A DNA stretch of 63,868 nt, filler included, from Nemertoderma westbladi (GCA_032718475.1; 3 parts of 3 records of this genome joined end to end with filler, not necessarily neighbours in it), one strand, 5' to 3'. Counted from the first letter of the whole stretch, positions 48,272 to 61,060 are shown. Notes: a model not told the origin generated them from the letters alone. Program-made: numbers and translations.

Positions 48272-51200
48272 TAGATAAGTAAATATATGAGAATTCGAAG
48301 TAACTGCTTAAACCACTACACGGGGGGGGGGGATCAAACACGATATAGTTGGCGTGCCCTTTTAAGGGTAATTTTAGTGCTCTTGTAGCAAGCAGTTCGA
48401 TGGAATAATTGTTACTGAGATTACTAAAATTACAAACTATTTTGAAATTTAAACATTTGTGTGTCCAAAAAAAAAGGGTAAAAATTTAAAAATAGTCCGG
48501 TAACCTACACTATATAAATGTATTTTATTTGCAACATCAAATCCTCGATTCAACAAAGAAGAAAGAACAGCAATCATTATAGAAAAAAAAATTAAAAGTT
48601 ACCTCTCTATTCTCTTAGAATTGCTGAGTTCACCTAGCAACAAAACTTGCTGCGATTGGCTTGTTTTATTGTTGGTTGTTCCTATGTTAGGGTTGGTGGT
48701 GGTGTGGAAGCAGGTATTGCTTGGTAGAGCTGATTGAGTTAGATGGAACACTACCACGCACAGGCCAGGTCCGAGAGTAAGTACATTCAGGCTACACAGG
48801 CATTGAGCAGGAAGCAAGAATGGGTGGATATGGGAGCTGGATCTCACGGCTCCAAGTGGCATGCCATTCCCAGAAATAATATATTTATTTTTGCAGATTT
48901 GTTCTGCATGACCGTGGAGTGTTTAAATCACGGAAATTCTCAATAAAGCCAATATTGGTTTTATTCACTTCAATAATTTTGCCATATTAATTCACATTTA
49001 GAGGTATTTTAAGAAGCAGTTGTCTCCGTAATTTAATCTATAAACTTTATTTTTATATAAATATATATAAACTTGGTAGGTTTATCATTTGCCCTACCGT
49101 AGACTTAATTCCGAATGCTGTTATGTAAGACAATGATAGTGTCTGATAGCAGCAACGGTATAATATTATTTTATCTAACATTATTAAATTATAAAAAATA
49201 TATTCATTGATTGTGCAGCAGTGGAATAGCCAGGATTTTAGAAAAATAGTGGTAGGGCTCCAGTAGGCCCAATCAGTGTTTTGTATATTAAATATAATCA
49301 ATTAATACGAATACGATATTTTTTTCTAAATGGATTAGTTTTTAGTTTCCATTCCACTTCGCGGCCAACAAGTCTCATTGGATTACCTACTAATTAACGT
49401 ACAGTTATTAATAATTATTATTCAAAGATGCCTGTTTTAAATACATGTGTTATTGTGTTTTTAATCAGTCTTGAGGCAATCGTGCCAAACTAACATTGTC
49501 CCTTCTATTTTCTTTACTTGTATTGGAGAACCATTGTGCGTATATTCGATAAATACAAACTGAACTATTATAATAGTTGGATGGTTGTTCGGTGCCGAAA
49601 GTAACACCTGACAAGTTCAATGTAAATGGATTGGGGTTATTTTATTATCTAAGTATACTTTGCTTTGTACTACTTTGAGATCTTGTCATCATTAATCTTA
49701 TCATCATTATAAGTATAGATGAAGATTAGCATTGAGTAGTGATGAGTGCAGTAATAACAACCAAATATATATAATTCTTTATTACATAGTAAATATCTTT
49801 ATACAGTACAGAGCTCTCTCCGTCTCTTCTTATAATAACAATATATAAGATTTAAATTTATTGTACCGTTTAAAAGTGAAATAAAGTGCTTTATTTTCAA
49901 CTAATATTTAATTGATTTATTTTTAAATCGTCGAGAAGTACGCCTTGAAATAAAATAGATTCATTGCTGGTCTACAGGCGATACAGTACATGGTAGGCCT
50001 ACTATATTTAAAGGGATTAAAATTTAAAAAACTAATAGTATATTTCCACTATATTTCAGTATTCTTTCAGTAGGGTGGTACTATATGATAGGCTAAGGCT
50101 GGGGTCTAAGTCATATTATTACAGTACCGCAGTAAGCCAATAATTTACATTTCGGATTGGGATCCACTGAAAAGGTCAGAAAGTCAGTATTCGTTTCGAT
50201 TTTAAGATATAAGGTGGGGGTATAGTGCAGTAATATGATTGGTTGCCTATGCCAGTAGTTCATTACCGGTACCGCGCCATGACGAAACATGTCTGAGTGT
50301 CACAAAGATTCCAAAGAAAGCTGGAAAGCTATAAGTTATAAACCATTCCATTAATTCCATAATCCATAAATCCATAATTCCATTTACTGTAAATACAGTG
50401 CCTGTACCGACATTCTTGACGACGTGTCTTCGTTCCATATTTTACTCACGCACTTTCGCTTGTTCGTGTATATATTCCCACTTGATCGAGAAATGCGGCA
50501 TCACTTTAGTCGAATATATTGATCAATATGAATATATTGATCAATATGAATATATTGATCGAATATATAGAGATTATATATTGCATAATACTTTGTGAAT
50601 TATCAAAATTATTTGCACAATTATCAACGCTCTTTTAAGTTTATTCTCGACGAGCTGTTTCGAAATCATAATTAAAAATTTGGATCCTTATATTAATATT
50701 TTCTCGTATATATTAGTGATTATATCATTGCTAAATACACGGTATATTCGCAAATTAGTCCCCCCCCCCCACCCCATTATCCGCAATAGAACCTTTTTAA
50801 CATATATCAAGAACATATTTATTACGTTATTGTATGTGTCCTCATATAACATTACGTTGATATAAATAGCCACACAGTTTAGTCTAAACCTATACCAGAG
50901 GCAATTCTAACGTAACATCTGGGTGATATAAATCGATATTATCCAAAGACTTGAATCAAGAAAAATATTGATATTGTGGCTTTAAGAAGTAGAGTTACAG
51001 TAATGGACGGAAAATTTACGCGATTAATGCGTTCAAGGATTAACATGTTGAATTTATGGCAGCATGCAATTAATATGTAAATTTTCAATCATATTTAAAT
51101 GAACAAATCCATGTATTATTCATAACGTACTTTCAGTTTGTGTTAGTTGTTTATGATTTTAATAGATAATATTTTTTCTTTAAACTATTATTTATTTAAA

Positions 51201-51540
51201 GTGTGCGAGTTCCAATTAAGCAAATATTTTACATAAAATTATATTTATGTATTATATAAAATATATTATATAAATTGAATTGATTGGAGCGAGGATGGGG
51301 GTGTGGGGAGTGGGGGTGGGGGGAGTGGGGTTGGGGGTGGGGCGGGGAGTGGGAGGGGGGGGGGGGGGGGGGCGTGATGGGGTTCTAACATTGTGACACT
51401 CACAAGTCAGTATGTAATACTAATGATTTTATTACTTTAATATGTTTATTTAATAAATTACTAAAATTCAATATATATAAACAATTAATGTATAATTAAT
51501 TTTTAATTTAGGATTTAATTTTATAAATTTTGGACATATT

Positions 51541-51830
51541 ATGCATAATTATATATTTCTAATTAGTTTATTTCTTGTCGCTTCAACTCGATCAGCTAAT
51601 AACATATCGATAGTGTTGCCGAAAGTCCTACTGGAAGATCCCTCTGGCCTTCTCACCTCCGAGTTGTTCATATCCGCTCTTAATGTCTCCTTGGAAACTA
51701 TTCGTAATTACAATATATGGCCAATAGACGATCTACATATGCAAGAGAATATCCACAGGGACAATTGCGATCATATTAAAGGTTCATCGTGGATATCCAT
51801 TGATAACAACAATTTTAGACATTACTGCAT
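51541..51830 (+). CDS. N-terminal exon of a second NPR/receptor-GC-like gene, interrupted near its 3' end by a MITE
   Basis: Signal peptide followed by NISIVLP...SALNVSLETI...WP...NCD, paralleling the NPR N-terminus (TVAVVLP...PAVELAL...LLP...CS). May be a pseudogene. Confidence 0.55.
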
Positions 51831-52656
51831 GGCATATATTTAGTATCAATATTCAATAATTTAATACGAGTGATATTATTGATCGTTTTAAATTATTTTT
51901 GCCATGCTGAATTATTTCGATTGATATTATTGCTCGATTTAAATAACAGTTGAATTATTTCAACCAATAATTATAGCTCGTATGGATAGCTCGTAGATCA
52001 GCTGGAATCCAGCTGGTATCTTGATGATTCACTTCTATACATGCTTCACTTCAGTACCGGTACAACTGTACCAGTACTACAGCATCAGAGTATGCATGCA
52101 GTATACTGGTACAACAGTACTACCCAGCAACTGGGCAGAACTGTGAATCAGGAGCTGACAGAAGTCTTCAGTCCGGCTAGGCCCAGTAGTGCAGTACTGC
52201 ATACAGTAAGTGTGAAGTGAATCATCAAGATCAGATGGATCAGCTTATATACATTTAATACGACATATAATTATTGGTCAAAATAATTCACTGTCTCATT
52301 TAATACGACCTATAATTATCGGTTGAAATAATTCAACTGTTATTTAAATCGAGCAATAATATCAAGCAAAATAATTAAACAGACAAAATATTTTAAATCA
52401 ATCAATAATATTAAGCAAAATAATGCAGTTTTGAAACATTATTTAAATCGATCAATAATATCCAGCGAAATAATTAAGTTGAAAAACATTATTTAAATCA
52501 ATCAATAATATCAATTAAGAATAAATAAAGTTGAAAAACTTTATTTAAAATGACTAATAATATCAATCGAAATAATTCAGCATGGCAAAAATCATTTAAA
52601 ACGATCAATAATATCACTCGTATTAAATTATTGAATATTGATACTAAATGTATGCC
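51831..52656. mobile_element. Foldback-like MITE with long TIRs and internal AT-rich subrepeats
   Basis: GGCATATATTTAGTATCAAT... mirrors ...ATTGATACTAAATGTATGCC for >100 bp. Flanking repeats ATTACTGCAT/ATAACTGCAT form an 8-10 bp TSD with one mismatch. The interior is also partly palindromic. Confidence 0.85.
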
Positions 52657-52717
52657 ATAACTGCATGGTGTATGTTCATTGACTCAATGTTCAAAGGAAT
52701 ATAAACAACATAATAAG

Positions 52718-53200
52718 CAGATCCTCTGATGCAATTTTATCCTCTAGCGGGAAACTAGTTAATTGCAAACGAGTTAAGCCCTACAAAAACGCAGTCTGTG
52801 GTCTGAAAATTTATGTGCCAGAAATAATTGCAGATGTTTGTAAAGATTAAGCTTCAACACATTATAAAAACAAAACAAATATATATTCAAATAGCAACAC
52901 TCGCACTAGTTGCACAAGTGATTGTTTATAAACAAGGAAATGGGAAAAGGTTTTCACTTTCAGACATTTCGCGCCCTCTATCGGCAGACTGTAGACCACC
53001 AAAACGCAGTAAGAGGCCTAATAGAGGTTCACGGTTTTATTTAACTTATTATAATTTAGAGTTTCAAATAATATTCGAATGATTTTTTATATTCGAATAA
53101 TATTGTTAACGGATTCGAATATTTGAGCTTTTTTTATAAGCAACTGAACAACTAGTTTCCCCCGATGGATTAAATAATTATTGTCTGATTTTGATCTGCA
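52718..53200. mobile_element. Possible degenerate MITE
   Basis: gcagatc...cgggaaactagtt pairs with aactagtttccc...gatctgc. Confidence 0.4.
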
Positions 53201-53627
53201 TAACTTAACTTTTAGTCTTGATTTCTTCAAATTTTCAACTCGACGTCTTTATATCAATCTTCCCGCCGTATTATTATATCCGCTAAGTAACTAATTAAGA
53301 TGAACAGTTTGCGTTTAGTTTTGCCCCTCAAAGAGATCCCCTTGAACTTTGCATTATAATCTTCAATAATATACTGTGTAACACATAAACAAACATGTTG
53401 ACGATGTATTTTTTAATTACAATTTACGAGCGATACAAATGTGCGGCAGTATCACTCATTATATGTGTTGATTGTGATGTGACTACCACAGTATTACTTA
53501 TCGTTGTTTAAATAATATTTACAAAGTTAGAATTGGCTCTCTCTGTGTATGTTCAGCCATACCGGACCGTGTTTGTCAGTTGTGTTCGATTTTTTCGGAA
53601 ACCATTTCGTTTCCCAGTCCCGCCTAG

Positions 53628-53796
53628 GGCTGTTTGGATCAGCATGAATTCTGTTATCAATGGTATCCACGTTGGACCCTAGGTGCTGTACGAATCATCG
53701 AATCATATTATGACAATCTACCCATTGCGTTCTTGGGGTTGCCATGCGCTGGAGTCGCCTACAATGTCGTTGAATATTTCAAGATATGGAACACAA
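53628..53796 (+). CDS. Continuation of the second NPR-like ectodomain, cut by the contig end
   Basis: AVRIIESYYDNLPIAFLGLPCAGVAYNVVEYFKIWN matches the 'LGPGC...VA.....W' block of ANF-receptor domains. A TAG at 53625-53627 may be the acceptor or a nonsense codon. Confidence 0.6.
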
Positions 53797-53896
53797 NNNN
53801 NNNNNNNNNNNNNNNNNNNNNNNNNNNNNNNNNNNNNNNNTTAATTAATTAANNNNNNNNNNNNNNNNNNNNNNNNNNNNNNNNNNNNNNNNNNNN
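53797..53896. other. Artificial contig linker
   Basis: Same N/TTAATTAATTAA/N structure as 27427-27526. Confidence 0.95.
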
Positions 53897-54650
53897 CTTA
53901 GATCTTGAAGCTCATGCCAGAACTCCAAGTCATTCAGTGGTGCATCTGCCGCAGAGGTGCAATGCAGCCACTTTCGAACATACTATATCATAGTAAAAGT
54001 GCAATGTCTTTGCAGCAATGAAACCATTGCCTTGGAGTAATGAGCTTGTTCACAGAAAGCCAGCATCTTAGCAGGGTAAATAATGGCGGGCATCCAGTGA
54101 GCATGATTAGCAGCCCCTGGTCTCAACCATCGAACTCCCCTTGGGGGCTCCTTGCCCAACAATATCATTGCCAACTCGGCAGATTTACGATAATCATTCC
54201 TTGGCATGATCTCCTGTAGTCAGGATCTCATTTAGCGTCTCAGTCACACGTTTTCGTCGCGATGCAAGTGCCTTACCCCTAATTTTTAAAGTCTCATACG
54301 ACTCCAGGTTTAGAGTGTTCCATACACTATCACGAAAACAAACAAATTGTGGATCAGCTGGACTTGACGTCTTTCCAAACAGCGACCTGTATGCAGCACC
54401 CAGAACGAGTTCGTAGACATGGTGGCAACAGGCTAGCCACAACATTTTCTGTTTGAGGGAATTTTCCTACAAAACACAAGCTCCACTAATCCAGCCAGAA
54501 TTGGTAGCAGTGGTATAGAATACTAAACCTCGCAGACAACCAGCCAGCTGCCATTCATCAACTAGAGTCTCAACTAGAGACCTTTTGAGTTGGTTATAAG
54601 TGGCACACCAAGGAGCTTTCCCGCTTTATAATGACGCATGCCAGACACAA
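53897..54650 (-). pseudogene. Frameshifted DDE transposase remnant (hAT superfamily, hATm-like; tentative)
   Basis: GLVFYTTATNSG..GACV (cf. FDTTASNTG..GAC), LACCHHVYELV, PRNDYR and PGAANHAHWM motifs in successive frames. Confidence 0.7.
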
Positions 54651-55000
54651 GAACATTAATAATTGTAGTATGTTAAAAATGTTATTTTTGAGCGTTTTGA
54701 AATTTTTGCAAAAATTTTCACATTTTTGGGGTGCTGGGGTTTTTTATTAATGTCCAAATGTATCCTTATTTGCAATATGAGCCCTTTGAATATGTTGTGG
54801 AATAACAGGGACACATATGGAACAAACCATACGTGCCCTGACACACCACCCCAGTACAAACTGAGGTTAGGCGAATCTACAATTAAAAATAGTAACAATA
54901 CAGTAAATACTAGACTAAGTGTAGGTCCCTCATAAGGCCATCATATAATACACACTGTAATATATAAATGTCAATATAAACAATGTAATATATATAATAA

Positions 55001-55260
55001 TGCAGCTTGGTCTAGTGGTGACATTCCTGGGCTTCCAATTAGGGAGCCCTGATTCGATCCCTAGATGGGGCAGCACTGTTTGGGCGCAGTGCTTTATATG
55101 CAGCAGCCTAGCCCAACCCCGGCTTTCATCCTTCAGTGGTCGATAAATGGGAACCAAGGCAACTTGGGAAACAGAGTAGAAGGATTTACTATGTAAGATC
55201 ACCCATGGTGGTGAACAGGCATTCCTTGGCTTAATGAGCCTAAAAGATTCACCCATTCAA
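55001..55260 (+). mobile_element. tRNA-derived SINE
   Basis: A box TGGTCTAGTGG, TTCCAA loop, B box-like ATTCGATCC, central GCTTTCATCCTTCAGTGGTCGATAAATGGGAACC (Deu/Nin-like), AT-rich tail. Confidence 0.75.
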
Positions 55261-55514
55261 TATAATCAATATCAATAATAAGAACAAATGCATCATACAA
55301 TGGTATTGATAATAATAAAATCACTGCAGAGGGACAGCGGGAAATTCAAATTGACATTAAAAATGTTATTCTGTATTAAATAACAATGAGAAACTGGTTC
55401 TGCATGTAAAAAATCGTAATATGGTAATATGCCTGCTGTATAGTAATATAGTAGTGACTCATAATGCAATATTATGATAATGTACTGTAGATAAATAATA
55501 TAATATAATAATGT

Positions 55515-55915
55515 TTAGAAGATTGTTCTGTAGTACAGTACTTGATGATGGGGTGGGCTTCTTCTTAGAAACAGGACCTGGCAGTTTTCTCTTCTGAAAA
55601 TAAATATTACTACCACTACTTGTAAATTGACTACATCGCGCATAATTGCATAAACCACATCGACACTGTTCGTACGCTGCTCTTCTTGTTGCTGGTTTTG
55701 GGAAGATAACTTGTTATAGTCAAACATTTCAATGTTTCGTGAAACGTTACCTCTCCCATATTGGTCAATTTTTGTTCGACAATTTCCACACAATGCCGAA
55801 TGTAATCGAGAATCTAATATTCAGAAATTAAATATGTTTTAATTGTTTCTACCTGATTTGTATTCAATTTACGCATTTTCTTATTTTTCCTCATGCAAAT
55901 CAAGCAAACTACCAA
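55515..55915 (-). pseudogene. Degenerate Cys-rich (CxxC...CxxC) coding remnant, probably transposon-derived
   Basis: VCLICMRK... upstream of CGNCRTKI...FDY, with stops and frameshifts. Confidence 0.3.
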
Positions 55916-55960
55916 GCGATTTTGTTCCTGATTATGTTCCTGTAACTTAGCATTGAATGG

Positions 55961-56540
55961 CTATGACGTAGCGTTGAGTGGCCATTCTACCCAGAGATTC
56001 AAAAGATTGAATATTTCTGTGCTTACTACAACGTATTGTGGACCGATATATTTATAAGTTTTGTGACTGTCAACAGTTATAGTTAATTTTTCAGAATCAT
56101 TATCTAAAGGTGTGGCTTTGCTAAATTCGTTCAGAGTCATATTTGTGGCTGCTGTGGCTCTGGATCCGTTGCAGTAAACAATCACTGACATTAAAAAGGA
56201 CTGCATAGTGCATATGCCACAATTTGATATTATCATCCCAGTTTCCATCTTGTAATTGCTTTATAGCGCGTTTAATGTCACATGCAAAATGGTGCCTTTT
56301 GATAACTAAACAATTCTTCAGCGTCTGGCATTTTCTCACACACTTCTTTTTGGACTGCAAATAACCGCTTCTTTACATCTGGTTTACAGTGTTTCATTAT
56401 CTGATTTATACATGCTGCCGCTGCATGAATATCAGCGCGATCGATCAAACACTTCATTTTGGGGTCATAAAGGGCAAAGTCGTAGAATATTAACAGTCGC
56501 TGCAAATAAGCGTGGATAGTAGTAGGTTGTCGAATTTTAC
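55961..56540 (-). pseudogene. Tyrosine-recombinase-like remnant (Crypton-like or related eukaryotic YR element)
   Basis: NGSRATAATNMTLNEF...ITVDSHKT...GP resembles the catalytic R and K region of animal YR proteins. Frameshifted, and the HxxR/Y region is missing. Confidence 0.5.
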
Positions 56541-56640
56541 CTCCTCGTACTATATTCAGGAGTAAAATGGAGTAAAATATTCAGTGGTTTTATGAGTTTC
56601 ATTACAAAATTGTCTCACTAATGTAGGTATGTACTAGGTC

Positions 56641-57729
56641 TGTTTAACTACAATTCTGCCTTCAGGCAATACTGACACTATAATCTCTTTATATTTATAT
56701 AATACTGTAATACAGCAAGTCACACCATACAATATATTCAGACCTTTCTTCGTACCAGTACTACACCTTATAACAGTTTGTCCTACACACTATTATATCT
56801 ATTCTTTACACTTCACCTTAGGTCCAACATTCACTCTACTTTCTTTGTTTATTAAAATTAATTATAATGTAATAACCGACATAATTATTGTCCATTTATT
56901 CATGAACTTTATCGTACTCCACAACAATAAAATCTATTCAGTTCCAATTAAAAATAACTTCTTTATAATCTAGCAACTCTCCTCAGTCAGTTATTGATCA
57001 AACCAGGAGACCAGTTTCAAGAACCTCTAACACCATCTTTCCAGGCATCTCTTTAGTTAGACAATAGGGAATTTGTTTCTGAGTTGAAACGTGTTGAACA
57101 ATGAGACCATCCAATACTGTCTCCTCCTTTAGTATAGCCAAGTCTATCTTCAGTTTCCTTTCAGCAGGTGCATTCTTGGTGCAGGTGATATGGTCATATA
57201 ATCCCTTTGAATCAGTCAACAACTTCATACTTTTTAACTTTAATTTAACTTCTGATAACAGTGCTTTAAAATAAATCGCCACATCACAACTGTCTAAGGC
57301 AGTGAGTGTCTCACCAGCAAAGGATGAACGAACAACTCTGTTAACTCTTTTTGAGCGCCATGACATGACATTAAAATGTTCCGGATATAGAGACGAAACC
57401 CGAAGTCTTCCCTGCAATCCTAGAAAATGACCACCTTGACTTCCTCCGTCTGATAGTGTACCAAAGCTACTGTCTGAGTAAATCACCATTGATAATGAAT
57501 CAAGAACTAGTGGACGAAATATTATAGATGTTGGATGGAAAGCTTTTGATTTACGCAACAATTTATTGACAGCCAATATATGTTTCACCTGCGGACTCTT
57601 AACTTCTCCCATCAATGATGAAGTACCATATGTAAGGTCAGGTCTAGTTTGAGTTGCCATCCATAGTAACTTTCCTATATTTGTCCTACACACTATTATG
57701 TCTATTCTTCCTTCACATTAGGTCCAACA
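56641..57729 (-). mobile_element. Internally deleted Ty1/Copia LTR retrotransposon
   Basis: 3' LTR 56641-56829 (TGTTGG...AAACA on minus) preceded by a purine-rich tract. First ~50 bp of the 5' LTR at 57680-57729. 5-bp TSD AGGTC (56636-56640, 57730-57734). Copia RT-end/RNase H motifs TRPDL, YSDSSF, SWRSKR..RVVRSS..GE, TDSKGL. Confidence 0.9.
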
Positions 57730-58055
57730 AGGTCTGCACCAAAATGTAGAAAGATGTAGAAGACTGTAGAAAATGTAAAAAAATTCAAAATGTAGAGGAA
57801 ATACGGGTTCCCATTTTCGGGATCGGGGTTGCAATTTTGGATTAAATTCCTTAAAATTATTACTGTAGTATAATATAATGACGGGATTTGGGCTTCTTTT
57901 TGGTTATCTTACACTCACTCATCAGTTCCATCCCAGGATCCAACGCACTCCGACAGCTTCAAACAAGCACAATGCTAACCTACGGAGATTTAGTACTGTT
58001 TGATTCTATTGGAGAAAATATTTCCAACAAGTTTAGTCTGTTGGAGCCCATCTGA

Positions 58056-59910
58056 ATAATATAATAATAATAATTCTTTTATTCATTCTCGATAGTTATA
58101 AGCACCAATCGAGGCAGTTTGTCTCAGGCGACAACTGATAATTGAATAAGCGTTAAAAGACCACATGCATATAATGCATGAGCTGTACAGTAGAGGACAT
58201 ACAGTATTGTAACAACTTAATTTAAATTTAGATACACAATTTATTTAGATACCCACAATCCAATCATTGCCCCCCCCCCCCCCCCCACAACAAAAACTTA
58301 AATAAATATTTTAGGTGACTTCCTCCCGGTGGTAGCGAGATAGAAAATGGGATTTTAATTTGTTTTTGAATTCTGTCGGTTTGTTATAACATTTTTTGAT
58401 AGGTAAAGGTAACATATTCCACATTTTTGTTAGTTGTACTATCATACTGTTGTGGCCATAGATATTGGTTGTTTTCGGCAGTCTTAGTTGAATAGTGCGT
58501 TTATTTAGATGGATATGTGTATTTGATATAAATGGTAATTCAAGGATTTTGTATGGTTCTGACAGGTGAAATAGGTATTTGTAATAATATATTAGCCCAA
58601 AATATTCCCGATATGCTGTCAGAATTGGAATTTTAGCTTTTGATCTTAGTTCAGTGCCGGTACAGTCCCTGGTTTTTTTGTTAAATATTGAGCGAAGTGC
58701 GAAGTTTTGCATCTTTTCTAGCTTATATAGTAGTTCTTTGTATCCGTATTTATTGTGTAGGGAAACCAGAAGTTGGCTACAGTAGTGATGGTGCGGTAGA
58801 ACTATTGTTTTATATATGTTAATTTTGGTTTGTATCGGTAATTGTCCTTTAATTTTCCGTAAACATGATATACTTAGTGACATTTTTCGTACTACAGAGT
58901 CTATTTGTTCTTTCCAGGTCAGTTTGTTGTCTATATGTACTCCTAGGTATTTTACACTTTGTGATTGGTTAATATGAATGTCATGGGATAACGTAAGTTT
59001 AGAATCGTCAATATTGCTGCGGTCAGTTTTTGGGGATAATAGTATGAATTCAGTTTTTTCAGGATTTAATTTTAGTTTCTTCTTACCGAAAATGTCAGAT
59101 ATTTTATTAATTGTTAGTGTTAGTTTGTCAGTTGCTTCAGTGGGATCGTGAGACGAAATATAGATTGCTGTGTCGTCTGCATATTGGACAGTATTGGCAG
59201 AGTCAGATATTAGTTCTGGTATTTCGTTTGTATATAGTGAGAATAAAAGCGGTCCAATAAGTGTTCCTTGTGGTACCCCCCGTTGCTCCTTCAGAAAAGA
59301 CGATAATTGTGACCCAACCCTAACCCTCTGGAATCTGTCAGTTAAATAACTTTTAATTAATTTGCAAGCTGTTGTGTGGAACCCCAAATTTGATAAGACA
59401 TTTATGAGCTGTGAATGATCGAGAGAATTAAAGGCCTTACTAAGGTCGAGAAACGCTACTGCCACATATTTTTGTTTATCTAATTGTTCACGCCATCGTT
59501 CGGTCGCATACGTAACAGCGTCAAGTGTAGAAAATTTCTTACGAAATCCAAACTGAAAAGCAGTGCGTAATTTGTGTTTGTAAAGATAGCATTCAATTTG
59601 GCTTACAAGTACCTTTTCTATTATTTTTGAAATTGGATGTGTGATGCTTAAAGGGCGATAGTTTTGTGGGTCATCATCGTCTCCCTTTTTAAATACGGGC
59701 GTTATGGTTGAGAGCTTTAATGTGTCTGGGAAAATGGAACGTGTAATACAGTCATTTATAATATGAGTTAGAGGTGATAAGATCATAGGGCGAATCTGTT
59801 TCAATACTCTTATAGGGATTTTAGAGTGGCCGCATGGTTTGTTTTCGTTCAAATTTTGTATAATTTTATCTAGGTCAAAAATATTAATAGAAGAAAAACA
59901 AAAAGCGTTC
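58056..59910 (-). mobile_element. 5'-truncated L2/CR1-group LINE with an intact RT frame (58311 to ~59900)
   Basis: PVFKKG...NYRPLS, QFGFRK, FLDLSKAF, GVPQGTLIGPLLF, YADD, VKYLGVHID. 3' UTR ends in an (ATT)n tail near 58056-58075. Confidence 0.9.
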
Positions 59911-59914
59911 TGTC

Positions 59915-60040
59915 TGAAATCCGTCTGAAAGTGTTTGAAATTTATGTTTGAGGTTGTCTGAAGTTGTTTGAATTTGTCTGAAGTTGTTTGAATTTGTCTG
60001 AATCTGTTTGACGCCATCGGAATTTGTTGGAATTTGCCAA
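59915..60040. repeat. Short 20-bp tandem repeat (TTGTTTGAATTTGTCTGAAG)
   Basis: Degenerate copies. It supplies the spurious N-terminus of ORF 58311-60017. Confidence 0.75.
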
Positions 60041-60605
60041 TGCCTTACAAAAGCGTAGAACAATAAGAAAATGTCAATCACTTTAACTCTCAAATTGAAG
60101 TGATTGTGAGGGTGTGCTATTGAGCCATTGTGAAGTATAAACCGAAGCTAAGATTTGTTTCATTTAATTTAATCATAACAATTTTTATTTACATAATTAT
60201 ATATTTTATTATATGAATTAACTTGCATGCATAAACGAATAACCTATAATATAAATTCCTATAAATGGATATAATAACACCAACCGGAACACGATTTTAA
60301 TTACGTTATTAGAAATGTAAATAATGCTATATAAATATATTAATTACTTTGACGTAGGGGTAGGGCACTAAATGTACTGTACATAAACAAATATAAATCC
60401 CACCAGATATAGGCCTACTACAAATGTAAATATGTAAATAGAGCAAATAAACTAATAAACATTAAACAAGTACCTTATACTAAGTTGAGCCTAATTTACG
60501 TCTAATTTATTTAGTTATTTATGACGAGTAAGGGTATACGCTTGCTTATTTCTTAGGCGATTCGAATGGCATCGTTCCATCACATTAACTCGCTTGTTAT
60601 TATTA

Positions 60606-61060
60606 TTATTTAGTAGCTTTACGGCTTAATAGAGTGTTGGCATTATTTTGTATGCTACTCCAATTTCTTTTTATGTCTTCCCCCGATTTTGGCTTACGTA
60701 ACTCAAAAGTTACTTTCTTAGCCCACTTCACTCGGTTGCCATCTAATTTTGATTTATTAGAAGATTTGCCAAGGGTAACTTTACCACTTAGTTCCTCAGC
60801 GCTAAAAACTAATTGGAGCAGTTTAAAAAATAATTTGCTCCTAGTGACGACTTCTGGTTGCATATTTACGGACTTTATATCGTTAATTGTAATATTATAC
60901 GACTCCATGGGGATCTCTGAGAGCTCGGGAAATACTTCAGGTGTCATTTCATTTCTACCTACTGGACCTGGACTTACGGCACTCTCAGAATTCGATGGCA
61001 CCTTGACGAACAGTCGTATGTCATGTTTTGATGATTTTGAGAAAATGGCGTTTGAAAATT
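60606..61060 (-). CDS. BEN-domain-containing coding segment (terminal exon or transposon accessory gene)
   Basis: KLLQLVFSAEELSG...LGK....LDGNRV..AK...W..I fits the BEN pattern L..F..EEL...G....LD..R. No ATG start. Confidence 0.65.

Noticed and set aside
59910-60017. N-terminus of the 568-aa RT ORF
   Set aside because: Derived from a flanking 20-bp tandem repeat fused by chance to a 5'-truncated LINE.
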